Sequence record: SRR2962707_3586
DNA: 64,000 nucleotides
Strand: one strand, 5' to 3'
The notes below the pieces were generated by a model. That model ran no database searches. It saw only the letters and a program-made list of their open reading frames with translations, and was not told where the DNA came from. Below, one piece after another: positions 23,687 to 32,584 of this stretch. The first letter of the stretch is position 1. Each line of letters begins with the position of its first letter. The translations under genes were made by a program, and so were the position numbers.

Positions 23687-24145
23687 TCACCCCTTTTCTG
23701 TTTTTGTTTTAAGGCATTCCAGCCAATTTAGAAGTTCTGCATAAACCTTTTGATGGTTCTCAACCAACACTGTGAATACGCCTTGTAATGAGGTGCTTAC
23801 AGTGACAATGGTCTCATTGTCATCTGATTCGAGGCTCCACACATAAATGCGTTTGACCCAATTGGATTTACCAGTCCACGAAAAAGTACTTGGTTTCTGG
23901 TAGCTCTGAATTTGCGAGTCTGCTTTGAATCGTCCAATGGTCCAGTGGAATTTCGTACCCTCTTCAATCTTACCTTCTACGATCATACGTTTTACCTCTT
24001 TATTCCAGCTCGACCACTCACTTAAGTTGGTTAATATGTCCCATACTTTTTCTATTGGAGCATTGATAATGATCGAGTGTTGATCTCGAATGCTGGCATT
24101 TTCGTTGATTTTTCCTTCCTTGGCTAGTGCGTTGATTCGATTCAT
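23687..24145 (-). CDS. SRPBCC (START-like) family protein
   Basis: IINAPIEKVWDILTNLSEWSSWN motif. Confidence 0.85.
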   Translation of the reverse strand: MNRINALAKEGKINENASIRDQHSIIINAPIEKVWDILTNLSEWSSWNKEVKRMIVEGKIEEGTKFHWTIGRFKADSQIQSYQKPSTFSWTGKSNWVKRIYVWSLESDDNETIVTVSTSLQGVFTVLVENHQKVYAELLNWLECLKTKTEKG

Positions 24146-24181
24146 TTAATCGATGGTTTGGTTTGCAGTGACTAAGCTAAT

Positions 24182-25399
24182 TTATTGAACTTCGGAGACT
24201 TCTTCGACATTTTTCTTCTTCTTAAGCAATCCTGAAGTCATAACCAGGCTTGTAACTATGATTATGAAAAGCAAAATGCCAGACTTAAAGTCCTCAGATT
24301 TAAATTCTGCAGGAATGGAATAGAAGAGCAATAATGTGATCAATCCTCTTGGTGCAATTGTAATTGCTTGTTTAAGATTTTCATGTTTGAATGGAAGAAA
24401 TGAGACCAGTCTTGTGAGGTAGATTAAGCCAAGTATCGCAGCGCTAACGAGTGCTACCTTAATATCAAATAGGGTAGAAAGAGCAATACTAAATCCGAAT
24501 ATGACAAAAAAGAATGTACGGATTACAAATGCCGATTCGATTGTTATCATGAGGAATGTTTCATGAATATTTTCTATGGCAATCGGCTTCAAATACTTCT
24601 TCAATCGTCCTACAAAAAAGAGTTTGTAATTATTCAGTACCAGACCAAAAACCAGGATAACGAGTAGTGAAGAGAGGTGCATGAGTTTTCCAACGCTGAA
24701 AAGGAGAAACAATACACTGATCATCAGAAACAGCTTCACCTTGGTCTCCAGGTTTTGGAAAACGTATATAAGAAAGTAGCTAAGAATGACAGAAGTAACT
24801 ATGGTGATGACCAGATTGAATGTGAAGTCACCAAGAACCAAAACATTGCTTGTCGGTTCTCCAAGTTCCACAAGGAAGTAGAAAATCATGATGCCAAGGA
24901 TATCAGAAAAGGTACTCTCATAGATGTGGAATTCTTCATTCTCCTCGTCCAAATTCACCACAGACGGAATGACTATGGCACTGCTAAGAATTGAAAGAGG
25001 AGTCGCGTAGATCAGTGCCACCATCCATTCCATTTGCGGAAAAGAATAATAGAGGATGCCACCTATACCAAACATGCATAGTAGCAATCCTATGAGAGCA
25101 ATCAGGAAAGATTTGGTTACCAGCTTGAATTTTTCTCTGGCGATTTTAAGTTCGAGGGATGCTTCCAATACGATTAGAATTAGCCCAAGTGTTCCTAAAA
25201 CCTCCAATATTCTAATCCTGGAGAAGGTGTTTAGAATGGTTTCTTTAGGCACTCCTAAAAGCCCAATGAATTCCCTTGCAATCACGCCGAGTATGATCAG
25301 GAGTAAAACAGATGGGATATTCCATTTGTCTGAAACCCGGTTGAAAAGGTATGATAAGATGATAATGAGTGACGCGGCTATAATGATGTAATACTCCAT
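24182..25399 (-). CDS. Cation:proton antiporter (CPA family)
   Basis: About 12 TM segments, GLILIVLE, SSAIVIP, YESTFSDILG, PRGLIT. Confidence 0.85.
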   Translation of the reverse strand: MEYYIIIAASLIIILSYLFNRVSDKWNIPSVLLLIILGVIAREFIGLLGVPKETILNTFSRIRILEVLGTLGLILIVLEASLELKIAREKFKLVTKSFLIALIGLLLCMFGIGGILYYSFPQMEWMVALIYATPLSILSSAIVIPSVVNLDEENEEFHIYESTFSDILGIMIFYFLVELGEPTSNVLVLGDFTFNLVITIVTSVILSYFLIYVFQNLETKVKLFLMISVLFLLFSVGKLMHLSSLLVILVFGLVLNNYKLFFVGRLKKYLKPIAIENIHETFLMITIESAFVIRTFFFVIFGFSIALSTLFDIKVALVSAAILGLIYLTRLVSFLPFKHENLKQAITIAPRGLITLLLFYSIPAEFKSEDFKSGILLFIIIVTSLVMTSGLLKKKKNVEEVSEVQ

Positions 25400-25504
25400 G
25401 CAGTGTATTTATGTCTGTAAATATACAATTCGCTTTTAGTAGGAATACATCTTGAACTAATTCATATAAGAAGAGGTTAGATTTGCTGACTTTTTATTAA
25501 CACT

Positions 25505-26032
25505 ATGGAAAAAGCAACTTTTGGATCAGGATGTTTTTGGTGCTCTGAGGCCATGTTTCAGAAACTGAAAGGGGTAGAGTCAGTGAAGTCGGGATATTCA
25601 GGAGGGACAGTTGAAAATCCTACCTATAAAGAGGTCTGCACAGGTGAGACCGGACATGCTGAAGTAGTTCAAATGGAGTACGACCCACAAATTATCAGCT
25701 TTGATGAACTACTGGAGGTATTTTGGAAAACGCACGATCCAACTACGCTAAACAGGCAGGGTAATGATGTTGGTACGCAATACAGGTCTGTGGTCTTCTA
25801 TCATACCAATGAACAAAAATCACTTGCTGAAGCCTACAAACAGAAACTGTCTGAATCAGAAATTTGGTCAGATCCAATAGTAACCGAAATATCACCTCTC
25901 ACCAATTTCTATCCTGCGGAAGACTATCACGATGACTATTTCAGTCAGAATGGAAGTCAGCCCTATTGTGCTTTGGTTGTAGCTCCTAAGGTGGAAAAAT
26001 TCAAGAAAGTATTTGGGGATAAGCTGGCCTAG
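25505..26032 (+). CDS. msrA: Peptide-methionine (S)-S-oxide reductase
   Basis: GCFWC, GYSGG, TGHAE, HDPTTLNRQGND.GTQYRS, AEDYH. Confidence 0.97.
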   Translation: MEKATFGSGCFWCSEAMFQKLKGVESVKSGYSGGTVENPTYKEVCTGETGHAEVVQMEYDPQIISFDELLEVFWKTHDPTTLNRQGNDVGTQYRSVVFYHTNEQKSLAEAYKQKLSESEIWSDPIVTEISPLTNFYPAEDYHDDYFSQNGSQPYCALVVAPKVEKFKKVFGDKLA

Positions 26033-26574
26033 TTCTGATAGTGTTTGCTTAGATGATGAACATGCAGCCGGATTTTATCCACTCTGTCTGTCACATGCTT
26101 CACATACTTGAATAGTTCAGTCTCTAGTAAATAGATCTGGCCAGAATAGGAGTTAGAACCCACTTCATTGCGGCTATTCTCTGAGTTCTTCTCAATTTCA
26201 ACCATTGCCTTACATTCCTCGTTCATGAAATGAATAAAGCTTTTGGTATCATATTCTTCTTCGAATTTCTTGATATCCTTCAGCGTTTTCTCTACTTCCT
26301 TATCCTTGCTCTTTTTGGAAAGCCTCAATAGTACGCCATAAAGTACCGTGTCGTAGTGGTGAATGTCTTCAAGGAGTTTGAAGATAGTCAGTCTGTATTC
26401 TTCATCTGCGCATAGATTTTGAAGTCCTTCGTATGATGAAAGTTTATCAGCCTCAAGGTCCCAATCATAAGTGATCTGATCTATTTTGTCATCCAGCCTA
26501 TCTTCTCCGTCCTCCTGACCAAATCCTGTGATGCTAATGGTGGCTAGCAACACACAAATTATTTGAGTTTTCAT
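26029..26574 (-). CDS. Hypothetical exported alpha-helical protein
   Basis: 181 aa ORF with signal peptide. Confidence 0.65.
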   Translation of the reverse strand: MKTQIICVLLATISITGFGQEDGEDRLDDKIDQITYDWDLEADKLSSYEGLQNLCADEEYRLTIFKLLEDIHHYDTVLYGVLLRLSKKSKDKEVEKTLKDIKKFEEEYDTKSFIHFMNEECKAMVEIEKNSENSRNEVGSNSYSGQIYLLETELFKYVKHVTDRVDKIRLHVHHLSKHYQN

Positions 26575-26736
26575 TGTGTTATATATCTCACCGATTTGTA
26601 ATACAAATTTCGAACCAATTATTAAACGTCTAAATGGTCGTTGGTGATTATATTTTTCTAGTCATATTAACTACTCAAACAACACTTTTATTGTTTTTGA
26701 AGTAATTTCAACTTTATTAAAGATACTAATAACACG

Positions 26737-27111
26737 ATGATTAAGTCATTTTATTTCGCATTTATTTTAATAGTGTCCATGGGCTGTCAGCAGAAGGGTG
26801 TCACTAAAATTGATTCTGAAGAGCTCAAAAAGATGCAATCAGATGGGGTTGCGGTGATTGATATCCGAACGCCAGGTGAGTATAGCCAGGGTCACATTCC
26901 TGAGGTTCCATTGATCGATTTTCGAGATCCTGATTTCATGAAGAAGATGAGCGAGCTTGACAAGTCCAAGCCGGTTGTACTCTATTGTGCCAGCGGTGGA
27001 AGGAGCGCCAATGCTGCCAATCAGCTTATTAACGCTGGATTTGAAAAAGTCTATGATTATTCAGGCGGTTTTAGCGATTGGTTGAAAAAAGGCGAAGAAA
27101 TTGAGAAATAA
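26737..27111 (+). CDS. Rhodanese-like lipoprotein
   Basis: Lipobox SMGC, IDIRTPGEY..GHIP, YCASGGRS, GGFSDW. Confidence 0.9.
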   Translation: MIKSFYFAFILIVSMGCQQKGVTKIDSEELKKMQSDGVAVIDIRTPGEYSQGHIPEVPLIDFRDPDFMKKMSELDKSKPVVLYCASGGRSANAANQLINAGFEKVYDYSGGFSDWLKKGEEIEK

Positions 27112-27361
27112 GGCACTCTGCCAAAGCAATAAGCGTGGATTTGAATCAGAATCATTGGCGCTTGAGGCGCTCATTCAAAATCACATAATTAACGAGTATA
27201 GAAGCGGACAAGGTCCTGTCAATGTTTATCTATGTGATGAATGTGGACAGTGGCATTTCACGTCAAAAGGCGATAAAAACCCATTATTTGACGATTTAGA
27301 GGTAACTAAGCGCATAGAAAGAGAGCGAAGGGCCAACTACTGGGAGCGTCATTTGAAATAA
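27101..27361 (+). CDS. Small putative zinc-binding protein
   Basis: TTG start overlapping rhodanese stop; C..NKR.F and YLCDECGQWHFTS. Confidence 0.7.
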   Translation: MRNKALCQSNKRGFESESLALEALIQNHIINEYRSGQGPVNVYLCDECGQWHFTSKGDKNPLFDDLEVTKRIERERRANYWERHLK

Positions 27362-27391
27362 AAAAACCGCTCCGTTGGGCCGGAGCGGTTT
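27360..27391. terminator. Rho-independent terminator, stronger on minus strand
   Basis: aaccgctccg-ttgggc-cggagcggtt; 7 A on left, 3 T on right. Confidence 0.8.
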
Positions 27392-27443
27392 AGATTCAAC
27401 TACTTGTTTTATTATGAGAAGATTAACATTTAGATTGAATCCT
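27360..27443 (-). ncRNA. Candidate small RNA
   Basis: Near-consensus -7 element on minus strand at about 27447-27454, GATTCAA/TTGAATC stem, minus-strand terminator, no minus-strand CDS here. Confidence 0.35.
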
Positions 27444-27589
27444 ATGCAAATAGAACCATTTTCATCTTAAAAAGTTGCAATATTTTATATCAATGGTAAA
27501 TAAAAGATTCTTCTTAAGTTGAGGAAAATAATCGCTGGTACCTATCTTGGTGATTAATTGTCACAGTTGAAATAATCAAAGTAAAAAAT

Positions 27590-28225
27590 ATGAGAGCATC
27601 TTACGATCGACTTATCAAGGGGAATGAAAAATGGGTTCAGGACAAACTGAATCTGGATTCTGACTATTTTAAAAGGTTAGCAAAAGGACAGGCTCCAGAG
27701 TTTTTGTGGATTGGTTGTTCAGATAGTCGTGTTCCTGCCAATGAGATTACCGGAACTGAGTCAGGCGAGATATTCGTGCATAGAAATATTGCCAATCAAG
27801 TGGTGCATTCTGACATCAACATGCTCAGCGTGTTGCAATATGCAGTTGAATACCTGCATGTAAAGCATATAATCGTGTGTGGCCACTATGGGTGCGGAGG
27901 TGTTAAAGCAGCAATGGATACCAAATATGTGGGCTTGGTAGGAAGATGGCTTGCACATATCAAGGATGTTTATCAAAATAACATTTCCACATTGGAAAGT
28001 ATTGCTGATGAGGAGGCACGAGAAAAGAAGATGGTTGAGCTAAATGTGATTGAACAAGTTCACAATCTTGCCAAAACATCAATAGTACAGAAAGCCTGGA
28101 AGAATAGGGAGTTGGAAATACATGGTTGGGTATATTCGTTGGAAGATGGTAAGATCATCGATTTGGATGCTGCTTACTCCAATATTGATCAATTGGAGCC
28201 GATATTCCGATTCACAGAGATATAA
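27590..28225 (+). CDS. can: Beta-class carbonic anhydrase
   Basis: WIGCSDSRVP, FVHRNIAN, CGHYGCGGV. Confidence 0.95.
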   Translation: MRASYDRLIKGNEKWVQDKLNLDSDYFKRLAKGQAPEFLWIGCSDSRVPANEITGTESGEIFVHRNIANQVVHSDINMLSVLQYAVEYLHVKHIIVCGHYGCGGVKAAMDTKYVGLVGRWLAHIKDVYQNNISTLESIADEEAREKKMVELNVIEQVHNLAKTSIVQKAWKNRELEIHGWVYSLEDGKIIDLDAAYSNIDQLEPIFRFTEI

Positions 28226-28248
28226 AAGTACTTTTAATTACTAAGTTG

Positions 28249-28276
28249 AAGCCATCGGTTGATGGCTTTTCTTTTT
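28249..28276 (+). terminator. Rho-independent terminator of can
   Basis: aagccatc-ggtt-gatggctt followed by T-rich tract. Confidence 0.85.
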
Positions 28277-28335
28277 AAAATCATCCTTAAATTGAATCAG
28301 GTCGTCTATTCCTTTTATCGTTTTTTCTGATGTCT

Positions 28336-28452
28336 TATCTTTGCGTCGAACTTTAAAACAAGCCTTCAAGAAGTTATCTTCTTTTCCAAAAACCAAATCA
28401 CATCCCAATATATTGAATTCACGTCCCTGGTAAGCGAAAGGAGGGACTTGTG
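28336..28452 (+). promoter_or_regulatory. -7 element and structured leader of the racemase operon
   Basis: TATCTTTG at 28336-28343; hairpin cac-gtccct...agggac-tt-gtg (28420-28452) pairs with the GTG start. Confidence 0.55.
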
Positions 28453-29889
28453 ATTTTAGACATAGCAATTTTTGCTATCTATGTTCTTCTGGTTTTTCTT
28501 GTTGGTCTCTATTTCTACCGAAAAAACAAAACAAGTGATGACTATTATGTAGCCGGAAGAAATGTGTCCAGTTGGCATATTGGTCTTTCTGTGGTTGCCA
28601 CCGACGTTGGTGGTGGGTTTTCGATTGGTCTTGGGGGACTCGGATTTGTCATGGGATTGTCTGGTTCCTGGCTTTTATTCACTGGTTTGATTGGCGCATG
28701 GATTGCTGCAGTATTACTTATCCCCAAGGTCTATCAGCTTCCGGGAATCCAAAAACTCAGCACATTGCCTCAAATATTCGAGCATTTTTATGGTAAGCAG
28801 GTGGCCATACTTGCAGGCTTGATTACCACTATTGGATACCTGGGATTTACCAGTTCACAAATAATTGCCGGAGCAAAATTGGCTTCAGGCACCTTTGTGG
28901 ATCTTTCGTTTACTCATGCCGTTCTGATCATGGGTTTCGTCGCGGTTGGATACACCATTTTGGGCGGATTGAAGGCTGTTATCTACACGGATACCATCCA
29001 ATGGATCATCTTGATGGCCGGATTGTTATTTGCCGGAATCCCTTTTGCATACCATGCAATTGGAGGATGGGAGTCCATTCATGCTGTTTTGGAGAATGAC
29101 TTTCTAAGGTTGGATAATGTTGGTTGGAAACAATTAGTCAATTGGGCTATAACCATCATTCCCATCTGGTTTGTAGGTATGACGCTGTATCAACGAATAT
29201 TTGCAAGTCGAGGTGAAAAGCATGCTCAAAAGGCCTGGTTTATTGCCGGTTTGTTTGAATGGCCAATGATGGCTTTTCTGGGGGTTATTCTGGGCATGTT
29301 TGGTCGGGTTGCTTTCGATCAGGGAATGTTTGAAGCGGTAGGATTTGCAGGCGGAAGCAGTATGGATCCGGAATTGGGTCTTCCTGTGCTCCTCCGAACT
29401 GTGTTGCCGCATGGGTTGATGGGCTTGGTTCTGGCCGCCTATTTTTCTGCAGTCATGTCAACCGCCGATAGTTGTCTTATGGCATGTTCAGGATCTTTTC
29501 TCACTGATATATTACGAATTCAACCGAAAGAAGGCGATTTGGATAAGAAATCACTCCGAGCTTCACAATTAGCCACTTTACTATTAGGGGCAGTTTCACT
29601 AGTGATTGCATTATCCCTGGAAAATGTGCTTGAAGCCATGCTGTTTTCCTATGCTTTTATGGTTTCAGGGCTATTTGTTCCTATCGTTGGAGCTTTTTAC
29701 TGGAAGCGATCTACCGCAATTGGTGCATTTCTGTCGATGGTTTCAGGTGGTACAGTGACGACTGTACTTACGCTATTAAAAATTGAATGGTATGGTCTGG
29801 ATCCCAACTTATATGGAATTGCGACCGCCCTTATCATGTTTATTGTTTCAGGATTCAAATCAAAATCTCAAAATGGATATCACATTTAA
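28450..29889 (+). CDS. Sodium:solute symporter (SSS/PutP-like)
   Basis: DYYVAGR, YTILGGLKAVIYTD.IQ, YQRIFAS, AVMSTADS; about 13 TM segments. Confidence 0.92.
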   Translation: MILDIAIFAIYVLLVFLVGLYFYRKNKTSDDYYVAGRNVSSWHIGLSVVATDVGGGFSIGLGGLGFVMGLSGSWLLFTGLIGAWIAAVLLIPKVYQLPGIQKLSTLPQIFEHFYGKQVAILAGLITTIGYLGFTSSQIIAGAKLASGTFVDLSFTHAVLIMGFVAVGYTILGGLKAVIYTDTIQWIILMAGLLFAGIPFAYHAIGGWESIHAVLENDFLRLDNVGWKQLVNWAITIIPIWFVGMTLYQRIFASRGEKHAQKAWFIAGLFEWPMMAFLGVILGMFGRVAFDQGMFEAVGFAGGSSMDPELGLPVLLRTVLPHGLMGLVLAAYFSAVMSTADSCLMACSGSFLTDILRIQPKEGDLDKKSLRASQLATLLLGAVSLVIALSLENVLEAMLFSYAFMVSGLFVPIVGAFYWKRSTAIGAFLSMVSGGTVTTVLTLLKIEWYGLDPNLYGIATALIMFIVSGFKSKSQNGYHI

Positions 29890-30322
29890 GAAATATTTCC
29901 CTGCCCAAACGGTTGGGCTTTACGAAAAAGAGGAAGTGGTTAGCTTCCTTTATGAGCACCTCGATGAGTTCGGTGACTCAAAGGAAGACATTAGAAAGTG
30001 TATTGAATATGCCCTAAATGCAGGCAAACATCCTGGTGGACTTATCCTAACTGCATGGGATAAGGATAAAATCATTGGAGCGACAATCATCAATAAAACT
30101 GGAATGGAAGGGTATATTCCTGAAAACATACTTGTATATATTGCGACGCATGGTGATTACAGAGGTCAGGGTGTTGGCAAGCAGCTGATGGAGCGTGCAT
30201 TCAAAGAAACCGAAGGAGACATTGCGCTACATGTTGAGCCGAATAATCCAGCCAAGTTTCTTTATGAGAAATTGGGATTCACTAACAAATACCTTGAAAT
30301 GCGATGGAAGAGACCTTCTTGA
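29873..30322 (+). CDS. GNAT N-acetyltransferase
   Basis: YIAT...YRGQGVGKQLM acetyl-CoA motif A, NPA..LYEKLGF; ATG 29873. Confidence 0.92.
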   Translation: MDITFKKYFPAQTVGLYEKEEVVSFLYEHLDEFGDSKEDIRKCIEYALNAGKHPGGLILTAWDKDKIIGATIINKTGMEGYIPENILVYIATHGDYRGQGVGKQLMERAFKETEGDIALHVEPNNPAKFLYEKLGFTNKYLEMRWKRPS

Positions 30323-31440
30323 ATGAACTAATAGCTTTCAGGAGGACACTACATCAACATCCTGAAGTTTCGCAAAAGGAATATCAGACCCAGAAACGGA
30401 TTATTCAGTTTTTGGAAGGTATTGGTATTGAAGGAATGCCCGTCGGGGGTACAGGTGTCTTAGTAGTGTTCGATTCGGGCAAGCCAGGAAAGACACTCTT
30501 GCTTCGTTCCGATCATGATGCCTTGCCGATACAGGAGATCAATGAATTTGAACATAAATCCTCTGTGCCAGGAGTCTCGCACAAGTGTGGTCATGATGGC
30601 CATACAACGATTATGTGTGGGGTAGCCAACCATCTTAAGGAGAATCCACCACCAAGTGGAAAGGTGCATTTGATTTTCCAGCCGGCGGAAGAAAATGGAG
30701 AAGGGGCCAAAGCAGTGTTGGCCGATAAAGGATTTGATGTTAAACCAGATTTGGTTTTTGCCCTTCATAACCTTCCGGGATATGCCTTGCATCAAATAGT
30801 TTACAGAGAAGGATCTTTTACTGCTGCGGCAAAGAGCATCATCATCAAACTTGATGGTAAAACATCCCATGCTGCAGAGCCTGAATTAGGTAAAAATCCG
30901 GCTACAGCTATTTCGGAGCTCATTTCTATGTTCGAAAGGGTGAGTCAGCCCGATCTGAAAAGAGACGATTTCGCGTTAACGACACCTATTTACCTTCATA
31001 TGGGGGAATTATCCTACGGAGTATCTGCAGGTCATGGCGAAGTGCACTATACACTCCGAACCTGGAACAACGAAACTATGGAGCAACTAACCAATCGAAT
31101 TCTGAAAGAGATTGAAGAAATAGCGGTGAAGCATCAACTCAAGACAACCATTAGTTGGACAGAGGAATTTGATGCAAATCAGAACGATCCTAAAGCTATT
31201 GAATTGGTGAAGTCTGCCATTGAAGTGAATGGATATCTTCATGAAGAACGAAAAACCCCATTCAAATGGGGAGAAGATTTTGGATTATTCACAAAGGAGT
31301 ATCCCGGTGCTATGTTCGGAATTGGATCTGGTCTGGATTGTCCGGCACTTCACAATCCCGAATATGATTTCCCCGATGAACTCATTGAAACTGGGATAAA
31401 CATGTTTACCAACATCATCAACAAGGCCCTCGATGAGTAG
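30304..31440 (+). CDS. M20D family amidohydrolase
   Basis: RR.LHQHPE, RSDHDALPI, HKCGHDGH, FQPAEE, EDF, LHNPEYDF. Confidence 0.92.
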   Translation: MEETFLNELIAFRRTLHQHPEVSQKEYQTQKRIIQFLEGIGIEGMPVGGTGVLVVFDSGKPGKTLLLRSDHDALPIQEINEFEHKSSVPGVSHKCGHDGHTTIMCGVANHLKENPPPSGKVHLIFQPAEENGEGAKAVLADKGFDVKPDLVFALHNLPGYALHQIVYREGSFTAAAKSIIIKLDGKTSHAAEPELGKNPATAISELISMFERVSQPDLKRDDFALTTPIYLHMGELSYGVSAGHGEVHYTLRTWNNETMEQLTNRILKEIEEIAVKHQLKTTISWTEEFDANQNDPKAIELVKSAIEVNGYLHEERKTPFKWGEDFGLFTKEYPGAMFGIGSGLDCPALHNPEYDFPDELIETGINMFTNIINKALDE

Positions 31441-32584
31441 CACCTCATACATCGAACTAAAGCGTGAAGCTTATGCAAAAAACCTCGCTTTTTTAAGGGG
31501 TTTGGTAGGAGAGCGTGTCCGAATCTCTTCTGTAGTGAAAGGGAATGCTTATGGACATGGAGTAAAGGATTTTGTCCCTATGGCAGAAGAAGAGGGAATA
31601 GATCATTTTTCTGTGCACAGTGCAGATGAGGCCAGGGAAGTATTGGATGCCTGCAGGAATTCGAATACAGAGATCATGATCATGGGGTTCATTGGCAATG
31701 AAGATATACCATGGGCCATTGAACATGGCATTTCATATTTTGTCTTTGAATTTGATAGGGTAATGGCTTCCATTGAAGCTTCTAAACATTCAAAAAAGAA
31801 CCCCAAGGTTCATATTGAGCTTGAAACAGGTATGAATCGTACCGGTTTCGATCGAGCGGAGATCGAGCGACTTATTCCTATCCTTCAGGAACATAAGGAT
31901 TTGCTGGATATAGAGGGCTTTTGCACACACTATGCTGGTGCTGAGAGCATTGCCAATCATTACCGAGTGCAGGAACAGAAGGAGCGCTTCAAATCACTGA
32001 GTAATCTTCTTCGTGAAAATGGGATTGTGCCTAAGATGGAGCATTCGTGTTGTTCTGCGGCAACTATTCGGGTTCCGGATATGCATGGCGACATGGTTCG
32101 GATAGGGATATTGCAATACGGCTTCTGGCCTAGTAGGGAGATATTCATTGAGTACTTGAAAGGAAAGAAGAGCAAGGAGGAGCCTTTATACCGTCTGATT
32201 TCCTGGAAAAGCTCTGTCATGAGTGTAAAGCATGTCGAGATGGGAGAGTTCATTGGATATGGGACAACCTACCTGGCACAGCGTGATATGAAAATAGCTA
32301 TTATTCCTATTGGCTACTCGCATGGTTTCAGCAGGTCGCTAAGCAATACCGGTAGAGTTTTAGTGAATGGCTATCGTGTCCCGGTCATCGGCATGGTCAA
32401 TATGAACAATATGGCCATCGATGTTTCAGAAATTGAGAACATTCAGAAGGGGGACGAAGTTACACTCATCGGCAGGAGCGGTGAGGTCGAGATCAGCGTT
32501 GCTTCCTTCAGCGAATTGAGTGATCAGCTCAACTATGAATTATTGACAAGATTACCTTCCAGAATACCCAGAATCATTATTTAG
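31433..32584 (+). CDS. alr: Alanine racemase family protein (stand-alone)
   Basis: VVKGNAYGHG PLP Lys, ETGMNRTG, catalytic-Tyr region IGYGTTY, YELLTRLPSRIPR. Confidence 0.9.
   Translation: MSSTSYIELKREAYAKNLAFLRGLVGERVRISSVVKGNAYGHGVKDFVPMAEEEGIDHFSVHSADEAREVLDACRNSNTEIMIMGFIGNEDIPWAIEHGISYFVFEFDRVMASIEASKHSKKNPKVHIELETGMNRTGFDRAEIERLIPILQEHKDLLDIEGFCTHYAGAESIANHYRVQEQKERFKSLSNLLRENGIVPKMEHSCCSAATIRVPDMHGDMVRIGILQYGFWPSREIFIEYLKGKKSKEEPLYRLISWKSSVMSVKHVEMGEFIGYGTTYLAQRDMKIAIIPIGYSHGFSRSLSNTGRVLVNGYRVPVIGMVNMNNMAIDVSEIENIQKGDEVTLIGRSGEVEISVASFSELSDQLNYELLTRLPSRIPRIII

Noticed and set aside
28223-28236. Palindrome TAAAAGTACTTTTA at the can stop codon
   Set aside because: AT-only arms are likely by chance, and it lies upstream of the terminator, away from the next promoter.
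28241-28468. 75 aa minus-strand ORF between can and the symporter
   Set aside because: Spans the can terminator, the -7 element and the leader hairpin; low-complexity translation with no family features.
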